Positions 57,547 to 64,000 of a DNA stretch of 64,000 bases are shown here, piece after piece. A program made the translations under genes and the position numbers. The stretch's first letter is position 1; every line of letters starts with the position of its first letter. Source of the DNA: an uncultured Microthrixaceae bacterium (GTDB taxonomy: Bacteria > Actinomycetota > Acidimicrobiia > Acidimicrobiales > Acidimicrobilacustridaceae). The stretch is from positions 1,667,785 through 1,731,784 of the forward strand of contig CAVZAT010000004.1 of assembly GCA_963773335.1 (NCBI GenBank), written 5' to 3'. A model generated the notes under the pieces. That model was not told where the DNA came from, made no database searches, and was given only the letters and a program-made list of their open reading frames with translations.

Positions 57547-57786
57547 TCGTTCGGGACGAAGAGGTCGTGGGTTCAAATCCCGCCAGCCCGACTCACAAAC
57601 ATGCAGGTCAGCAGTGCCAGTTGGCCACACATGGTGTGGCCAAGCAACCGCAGGAGGGTCCAGATGGTGGCCCAACTGCCGACTCTGGGCCCCCACACAC
57701 GATGGAGCGCAGCGCTGTGACCAGCGGGTTTGTGCTTCTGCCAGCGCCCTTCCGACATTGGTCTTCACCTGGTGCGAAGAGGTCAC
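57547..57786 (+). repeat. Right copy of the 240-nt imperfect direct repeat. Begins with a 45-nt tRNA-Pro 3' fragment at 57547..57591. Putative attR.
   Basis: TCGTTCGGGACGAAGAGGTCGTGGGTTCAAATCCCGCCAGCCCGA has one mismatch against 30934..30978. No tRNA 5' half lies upstream. The downstream similarity includes the hairpin at 57621..57643. Confidence 0.8.
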
Positions 57787-58276
57787 ACAGCTCCTAGCGA
57801 TCAGCGACGCGTGTTGCGACGAATCCGAATCGCGAGTTGGAGGCCCTTGGGTCTGATGCAGGTTGGGTTGACGCTCGTTGAGTCGGGTCATGCCGCCGTG
57901 ACCGGTAGCGGCCGGGGTCAACAAGAGTCCGACCAGGCCATGGGTGCTTCCGCGTGGGATGGCCCTGACCTCAGCGCCGCGGAAGACCCGGACGGCATCT
58001 CCGCGCACCTGGCCGAGGTGGGTGGCCCGGTCGTGAGCCCTTTCGCGAACCGTGACAACACCAGGGCGTCGACGCCCTCGCGAAGGTGGGCCCCCAGACT
58101 CCGGTGCGACCAGGTCGCTGACCAGCACATTCGCCAGGCGCCCTCGGTCACGTGGTTGGCGACCACGAGGCGCGGCGCGTAGCGGTCCGCTGCGATCCGG
58201 GTGTCCACATGGGGTGATCAGGGGCGTTCTCTGTCTCGCCTCCTGTGACGTAGGCGACGACGGAGGCAGCGTAAGC

Positions 58277-59140
58277 TCACCCAGGCTGGCGGTGGCCCCA
58301 GAAGCTCGGCTTGGTGATCTGGGAGACGGTCCACGTGGTGTCGTCGATGAGCAGCCCGCCGTAGCCGAACTCGACGTCGAATCCCGATGGAGACCGGCTG
58401 TAGAACGACACCATCTGGTCGTTGGTGTGCTTTCCGAGGCTCATCGAGATCGGCGCGTTGGCCTCATGGTGACGGTCGAGCGTGTAGCCGACGTCGTCGA
58501 GGGTGCGTGCCTCGAGCATGAAGTGGTAGAGCGCGGGTTCGTCCGCAGGGACGAGGGCGAGGCTGTGGTGGCGCTGGTTGCAGTGCAGAAAGACGACGTC
58601 GTCGTCGCCGGGTCGCCAGTAGTCGCTGACGCGGAAACCGAGAACTTCGGTGTAGAAGGCTACCGACTGCGCCAGCTTCGAGCTGGCGAGCACGATGTGT
58701 CCCATTCCGTGGGCCCCGGTTACGAAGCCGCTGACACCCGTCGGTGAGACGAATAGCTCGTGGTCGTGGATCGGACCGTGGAACAGCTCCAGCGCGAAGC
58801 CGTCTGGGTCTGTCGCTCGTATGAGTCCACGGACGCGCCGTTGATCGCATTCGTCGGTCGTGGCCGTCTCGGTGGTGATTCCGGCCGCCTCAAGCTCAGT
58901 TGCCGCGCGCTTCAGGGACAGGGCGTTCGGTAGTTCCCATCCGGCGAAGGCGAGTCCGTCGTGCCCCTCGCTGGCGGCGACGAGCACGCGGAACGGTCGT
59001 TCGTCGATGCGCAGCCGGAGGCTGGTGTCGTCGCCTGCCACCATCAGCCCCAACAGTTCTGCGTACGTGCGCCACTTTTCGACGTCGGTCACGTCGATAC
59101 CGATGTAGCCCAGTCCTCGAATGTCCATGTGCTTCCCCAT
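58277..59140 (-). CDS. Type I extradiol ring-cleavage dioxygenase, paralogue of 46428..47297.
   Basis: IRGLGYIGIDV...MGHIVLASSKLAQSVAFYTEVLGF...FLHCNQRHHSLAL...LGKHTNDQMVSFY...ITKPSFWGHR. Intact. Confidence 0.8.
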   Translation of the reverse strand: MGKHMDIRGLGYIGIDVTDVEKWRTYAELLGLMVAGDDTSLRLRIDERPFRVLVAASEGHDGLAFAGWELPNALSLKRAATELEAAGITTETATTDECDQRRVRGLIRATDPDGFALELFHGPIHDHELFVSPTGVSGFVTGAHGMGHIVLASSKLAQSVAFYTEVLGFRVSDYWRPGDDDVVFLHCNQRHHSLALVPADEPALYHFMLEARTLDDVGYTLDRHHEANAPISMSLGKHTNDQMVSFYSRSPSGFDVEFGYGGLLIDDTTWTVSQITKPSFWGHRQPG

Positions 59141-59223
59141 TGTTCGGATGCTGGTTCGAGTGTGCGTGCATACCGGCCCGACGACAAGGTGAGAACAGTC
59201 GTCCGCGATGGTAGAAAACGGAC

Positions 59224-60072
59224 ATGCTCGCCGAGGTCACGGAGGTCGGCTATCGGCCCCACGACGCCACCTACCGTCTCGACGTCGAGGTGCTCACCTC
59301 AGGGGAGCTGCGGACCCGGGTCGCGTCGGACCCCCATCGCGGATTCGAGCGGATCGACTTCCAGTGCTTCGTGTTCGTGCGGTCTGGGTCCTACTCACAC
59401 GTCGTCGACTTCGAGACCTACGAACTGCGCGCAGGAGCGTGTCTGCTGATCGGCCCCGGCCAGGTCCACCGATTCGGATCGACGAGTGACTGGGACGGCT
59501 GGATCGTGATCGTCGGAACGCACCTGGTCCCTGACCTTGTCCATGACTTGCCTACGCACGTTCGGATGCCCCCGGAGCACACCGACGCAGTCGCCGAGTT
59601 GTGCGCCCGGATGATGTCGGACGCCGCCTTGTCGGCCGAACGTCTGCGTTTGGGGCAGCTCCTGGCGCTCCAGGCTTCGGTGCTGGTGGGCCGGCTTGCA
59701 CTCGGTGCGGCCGGTTCGGAAACGCAACGACTGATCGATCCGGTCCTGTTGTCCCGCTACAAGGAGTATCGGCAGGCCGTCGAGCGCGAGTTTCGCCGGT
59801 GGCATCTCGTGGCGCCGTACGCCCGCAGTCTCGCGTGTTCGCCCAAGTCTCTGACTCGGGCGTGTCGGGCCGCGGCGGATGTGCCCGCGAAGCGAGTCAT
59901 CGTCGATCGGATCGTGCTCGAAGCGAAGCGGATTCTGGCCCGCTCTGCCGATCCGGTGGAGGCCGTCGGTGGCGATCTGGGTTTCGATGAGGCCACCAAC
60001 TTCGCCAAGTTCTTCCGTCGCGAGACGGGCATGACACCCACGGCATTCCGGACTGCGATCCGCGATCCGTGA
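59224..60072 (+). CDS. AraC-family transcriptional regulator.
   Basis: C-terminal double HTH (...YARSLACSPKSLTRACR...VGGDLGFDEATNFAKFFRRETGMTPTAFR). Divergent from the dioxygenase. Confidence 0.85.
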   Translation: MLAEVTEVGYRPHDATYRLDVEVLTSGELRTRVASDPHRGFERIDFQCFVFVRSGSYSHVVDFETYELRAGACLLIGPGQVHRFGSTSDWDGWIVIVGTHLVPDLVHDLPTHVRMPPEHTDAVAELCARMMSDAALSAERLRLGQLLALQASVLVGRLALGAAGSETQRLIDPVLLSRYKEYRQAVEREFRRWHLVAPYARSLACSPKSLTRACRAAADVPAKRVIVDRIVLEAKRILARSADPVEAVGGDLGFDEATNFAKFFRRETGMTPTAFRTAIRDP

Positions 60073-60462
60073 CTCGCCAGCTCCCCGCACCGAATCCGGA
60101 TGACGTGGAACCGCTTCGACAGTACCGGTCCCGACCATCCGGGCGCCGCCACGCACGTAGCCGTCGTATGTGCTGGGGGGCCGGTGCGGGGCTGGGGGCA
60201 GGCCCGGCGCTGGCAGCTCCGCGCCGGTAGCGTCCGGGTTGGCAGGTGATTCGACGCGACCCAGCAGGACGAGCCACGTAGAGAACCTCCCCTACCGTGA
60301 CGGATCCGCCCACGAGCGTCACGAGCACGACGAGCAGCGATGCGACCACCCCGGTGCCGCTTCTCACGGCACAGGAGTGCCGCCCGCGGATTAGTTCGCG
60401 CAACCGCAGCCCTCGGACCTGGTGCCAACCACGCCCTACGCCATCATCCACTGCGGCTCGGA

Positions 60463-60792
60463 CACCTCGTCATCTACAACCTGGACACCGACACGCCCGT
60501 CGGCGGCCTCCACCCCTACATCCGCGGCAGTCAACACTTCTCCCAGCCCGACGCCCACGCGTTCTGGGCCACGGCCAGCCCCGGCCTCCAACACCTGAGC
60601 GGCGCCGACCTGCGCACGGGCGCCACCGTCGCCGAGCCGCCCAGCAACGGCCCGTTTGCTTCCTTCCGCACGATCACGCCCGGGTTGGTGAGCGCCACTG
60701 ACCTCTGGCAGATCGGGTGCACGTCGCGGCCGAGCCCCAACGACCCGTGTCCGACCAGCCCCCTCGGTGCCCTGTACCGCCTGAACCGCTGA
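60463..60792 (+). CDS. Hypothetical protein fragment. Strong third-position GC bias, no recognisable family, no usable start codon.
   Basis: HLVIYNLDTDTPVGGLHPYIRG...DLWQIGCTSRPSPNDPCPTSPLGALYRLNR. Almost every codon ends in G or C. Upstream, the coding-like signal moves to another frame (PTTPYAIIHCGSDTS). Confidence 0.35.
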   Translation, partial: HLVIYNLDTDTPVGGLHPYIRGSQHFSQPDAHAFWATASPGLQHLSGADLRTGATVAEPPSNGPFASFRTITPGLVSATDLWQIGCTSRPSPNDPCPTSPLGALYRLNR

Positions 60793-61040
60793 CCCCCGAC
60801 AGCTGGCCGGGCCGCGCGCCCGGACGGAACGCAGGCGCAGGCCGACGCGTTGGAAGCCGGCAGGGCGACGACCATCGCCGCGAGCACGGGGTAGCGGCTC
60901 TCCCCACAGCCCTTGGCATGCTCGATGTCGTCGTGCATCGCGACTGAACACCGGCTGCCTGGATCTGCGATGCTCTGGGCGGCTCCGCCGTTTCGTGGGC
61001 GCCACCCCGGGCCTCGAACGAAACCCTGAGGGGAGTCACA

Positions 61041-61961
61041 ATGGCCGACTCTCTGAGCCCCTCCGGGCGCCAATTCACGATCAGCTACGCCGAGGCGTGG
61101 GCCACCATCGTCGAGGTTGGTGGTGGGCTGCGCGCCCTTCGTGTCGGGGACCGGGAGATCCTCGACGGCTTCGCCGAGACGGTCATGTGTCCGGATGCCC
61201 GTGGCCAAATTCTGGTTCCCTGGCCGAACCGGGTCGACAACGGGCGGTACGAGTGGGATGGGCGACGGCAACAGCTTGCGCTGAGCGAGCCCGAACTCGA
61301 AAATGCCATTCATGGCCTGGTTCGCTTTGCCGGCTGGGACTGCATCGCCTCTGCTCCAGATCGTGTCGAGATGGGATACGCGCTGTGGCCGAGCCCGGGC
61401 TATCCGTTCCACCTCGAGTTGCGGGCCACCTATGTGCTCGATGACCAAGGACTCACGGTCTCCACGACAGCCCGCAATGTGGGCGCCGATCCCGCGCCCT
61501 ACGGTGTCGGGCAGCACCCTTACCTTCGACCCGCGTCGGGTGGCCGTGTCGATGAGTGCGTACTGTCGATCCCTGCCAACCGCTACCTGCCGACCGACAA
61601 CCGCGGGCTGCCGACCGGCGCCGAGGCGGTAGATCGGACCGTCTACGACTTCCGCAGCGGCCGTCATATTGGCGACGCCGTCCTCGACGTCGGGTTCACC
61701 GATCTGATTCGCACCAGCGACGGCCGAGCCCGAGTCGAGCTCGAAGCGCCGGGTGCCAAGCCGCTGGTGTTGTGGGTCGACCAGAGCTACCGATACGTCC
61801 AGATCTACACCGGCGACACCCTGCCAGAGCGCGCCCGCCGTCGCCAAGGCTTGGCGGTGGAACCGATGACCTGTCCGGCAAACGCCTTCGCGACCGGAAC
61901 CGGAGTGCATCGCCTCGAGCCCGGCGAGGCCGTGACGGCGAACTGGGGCCTTGTGTTCTGA
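61041..61961 (+). CDS. Aldose 1-epimerase (galactose mutarotase-like) family protein.
   Basis: ILVPWPNRVDNGRY...NAIHGLVR...GQHPYL...LAVEPMTCPANAF. 306 aa, intact. Confidence 0.8.
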   Translation: MADSLSPSGRQFTISYAEAWATIVEVGGGLRALRVGDREILDGFAETVMCPDARGQILVPWPNRVDNGRYEWDGRRQQLALSEPELENAIHGLVRFAGWDCIASAPDRVEMGYALWPSPGYPFHLELRATYVLDDQGLTVSTTARNVGADPAPYGVGQHPYLRPASGGRVDECVLSIPANRYLPTDNRGLPTGAEAVDRTVYDFRSGRHIGDAVLDVGFTDLIRTSDGRARVELEAPGAKPLVLWVDQSYRYVQIYTGDTLPERARRRQGLAVEPMTCPANAFATGTGVHRLEPGEAVTANWGLVF

Positions 61962-61997
61962 CCCGGTCACGACGAGACCCGGTCGTGACAGCTCCGT

Positions 61998-63822
61998 TCA
62001 GTCGATGACGGCCACCCGACCTGCGCCGTGGTCGAGCTGGTAGTCCAGGTTCAGGGCGGCGTTGATGAGGGAGAGGTGGGTGAACGCTTGGGGGAAATTG
62101 CCGAGCTGGACACCAGTGATGCCGATCTCCTCGGAGAAAAGGCCGACGTGGTTGGCGTGGGTGAGCATCTTCTCGAAGGCGAGGCGCGAGTCGTCCAGTC
62201 GACCCGATCGGGCGAGTGCGTCGACGTACCAGAACGAGCAGAGCGAGAAGGTGCCTTCGGAGCCGCGCAGGCCGTCGGGTGAGGCGGCGGGGTCGTAGCG
62301 GTACACCAGGCTGTCCATGACCAGGGTGTGGTCCATGGCGGCCAGGGTCGACTGCCACTTGGGGTCGTGGGGGTCGATGAAACCCATGAGCGGCATGAGC
62401 AGGATCGAGGCGTCGAGGACCGCGCTGCCTTCGAACTGGGTGAAGGCCTGTACGATCCGCGTTCCAGCCTTTGTCCATGATGGCCGCATATATGGCATCG
62501 CGGGCCTCACGCCACTGCGCCAACGCTCCGGGCCGGCCCAGCCGCTCGGCCAGGCGGACGCCGCGATCGAGCGCCACCCAGCACATGAGCCGGCCGTACA
62601 CGAAGGGTTGTCGACCACCTCGGGTCTCCCAGACGCCTTCGTCGGGTTGGTCCCAGTTGTCGACCACCCAGTCGAGCAGCCCGGTCAGGGCGGTCCATCC
62701 TTCGTCGGCCACCCCGAGACCGTTGCGGGCGCCGTGGTGGATGGCGTCCAGGGCTTCGCCGTAGATGTCGAGTTGCAGCTGCTCGGCCGCGCCGTTGCCG
62801 ATCCGGACCGGGAACGAGCCGCGATACCCCTCCCAGTGGTCGAGCGTCTCCTCGACCAGATCGGAGCTGCCGTCGACTCGGTACATGATGGCCAGCGGCG
62901 TGGCGCTGCCGGCCGGACGGTTCTCCACCCGGTCGCGGATCCACCGTCCGAAGGCGGCGGCCTCTTCGATGTAGCCGAGGCCCAGCAGGGCGTAGATCGA
63001 GAAGGAGGCGTCGCGGATCCAGGTGTAGCGGTAGTCCCAGTTGCGTTCGCCGCCGACCTGCTCGGGCAGCCCGGCGGTCGGTGCCGCCACCAGCGCCCCG
63101 GTCGGGGCATAGGTCATGAGCTTGAGGGTGATCGCCGAACGCTGGACCATCTCCCGCCACCGGCCCCGGTAGCGGCTCCGGCTTGTCCACTCCCGCCAGA
63201 AGTCCGACGTCTCCTCGATCAGGTCGAGGATCTCACCGTGGCCGATGCCGGTGGCCGGGCCGCCACCGGATTCGATCAGGAACCCGCCGAAGTCGCCGGC
63301 TTTGATGGTGAACCGGGAGCGCACCGTGGCCTCGTCGCGGGTCAACGAGTGCATCGACGTCACTCTCAGCACGAGGTCGCTGGTGGCGAACCGGGCCGTC
63401 CGCCCGTTCACCCGGGTGCGGTGAGGTTGGCGTCCGTAGTCGAAGCGGGGCTCGATGCGGGCGTCGAACTGGACCTTGCCCCGGATGCCTTGGATGACGC
63501 GGACGAGTCGGTGCCGATCGGTGACTTCGTGGGGACGGTCGATGGGCATGAAGTCCATCACCTCGGCGACGCCCGTCTCCGAGGAGTAGCGGGTGACGAG
63601 GATGGCGGTGTCGGGTAAGTACATCTGCTTGGTCACCGTGTCCGCCCCGGTGGCGGTCAGCGAGAAATGTCCGCCGTTCTCGTCGTCGAGCAGTGACCCG
63701 AACACGCTGGGAGAATCGAAGCGCGGACAGCAGAACCAGTCGATGGTGCCGTCGGTGCTCACCAGTGCCGCGGTCTGCAGGTCACCGATCAGGCCGTGAT
63801 CGGCGATGGCGGGATAGCTCAT
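61998..63822 (-). pseudogene. Glycoside hydrolase family 15 (glucoamylase/trehalase-like) with one frame break near 62465.
   Basis: [39 protein letters not shown]...ERNWDYRYTWIRDASF... in ORF 61696..63822(-). The C-terminus (IVQAFTQFEGS...TFSLCSFWYVDALARSG...NFPQAFTHLSLINAA) is in ORF 61998..62618(-). Confidence 0.75.
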
Positions 63823-63847
63823 CGTGGTGGCCTCTTCTGTTGGTGGG

Positions 63848-64000
63848 TCATGGCGTTCCGAGGTCGGCTCCTGCGTCTATGGCGTCCTCGATGCCCTCAC
63901 CGGGCAGAAGTCCGCGCTGGTCGAGCACGAAGAGCAGACCGATGGACGGGAAGATGATCAGCACGGCGGCGACGGTCACGCCGAGGATCGTCTCGAGGGT
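63848..64000 (-). CDS. C-terminal end of a membrane protein. The gene continues beyond the window.
   Basis: ...[50 protein letters not shown]-stop. Family not recognised. Confidence 0.4.
   Translation of the reverse strand, partial: TLETILGVTVAAVLIIFPSIGLLFVLDQRGLLPGEGIEDAIDAGADLGTP

Noticed and set aside
57600-58270. A search for an integrase remnant between the right tRNA fragment and the dioxygenase.
   Set aside because: ORFs here, for example 57307..58128(-) and 57918..58208(-), show no recombinase motifs (no R..HxxR..Y blocks). Part of the region is simply the diverged repeat also present at 30979..31230.

Overview
GC-rich, Actinomycetota-type chromosomal segment, judged from a WhiB regulator, FxsA, an ArsA/Get3-like ATPase pair and mycobacterial-type steroid genes. 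About 60 genes are supportable. No rRNA and no CRISPR array.

Layout:
1. 1-6004: tail of a decayed integrative element. It has two tandem tyrosine recombinase genes, a UPF0158/DUF6933 gene pair, an intact IS21 inserted into the DUF6933 gene with a 6-bp target duplication, and an orphan tRNA 3' half.
2. 6.3-30.9 kb: core genes. These include a kinase-like phosphotransferase, an FtsX permease, an FMN reductase, a fused EtfB-EtfA, a P-type ATPase, a PLC-like phosphoesterase, dut, orn, MBL and NUDIX hydrolases, fxsA, whiB, nfeD, the ArsA-like pair, and STAS plus receiver proteins.
3. tRNA-Pro(CGG) at 30905-30978, followed by a roughly 26.6-kb island. The island is bounded by a 240-nt imperfect direct repeat that starts inside the tRNA. 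It carries an IS3 element and a KstR-type steroid/cholesterol-like catabolic cluster (fadD19-like, NMO, DUF35 x2, ltp x2, echA, cyp125-like, kstR, fadD, fadE, HsaC/A/D-like, hydratase/ALDH/aldolase, IclR, TetR), plus a TauD-like dioxygenase and a formylglycine-type sulfatase.
4. 57.8-64 kb: a second extradiol dioxygenase with an AraC regulator, an unassigned 1-kb stretch, an aldose epimerase and a GH15 hydrolase.

The most striking window-wide signal is a large number of reading-frame breaks. They are sparse in the core (about one per 4-5 kb) and strongly clustered in parts of the island (39.7-45.2 kb and 49.3-50.2 kb). The kstR repressor is among the broken genes, while KstR-like operators remain intact. 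From sequence alone I cannot decide between true gene decay and local assembly or indel error.

All functional calls rest on motif and family recognition by eye from the ORF translations. No searches were run.
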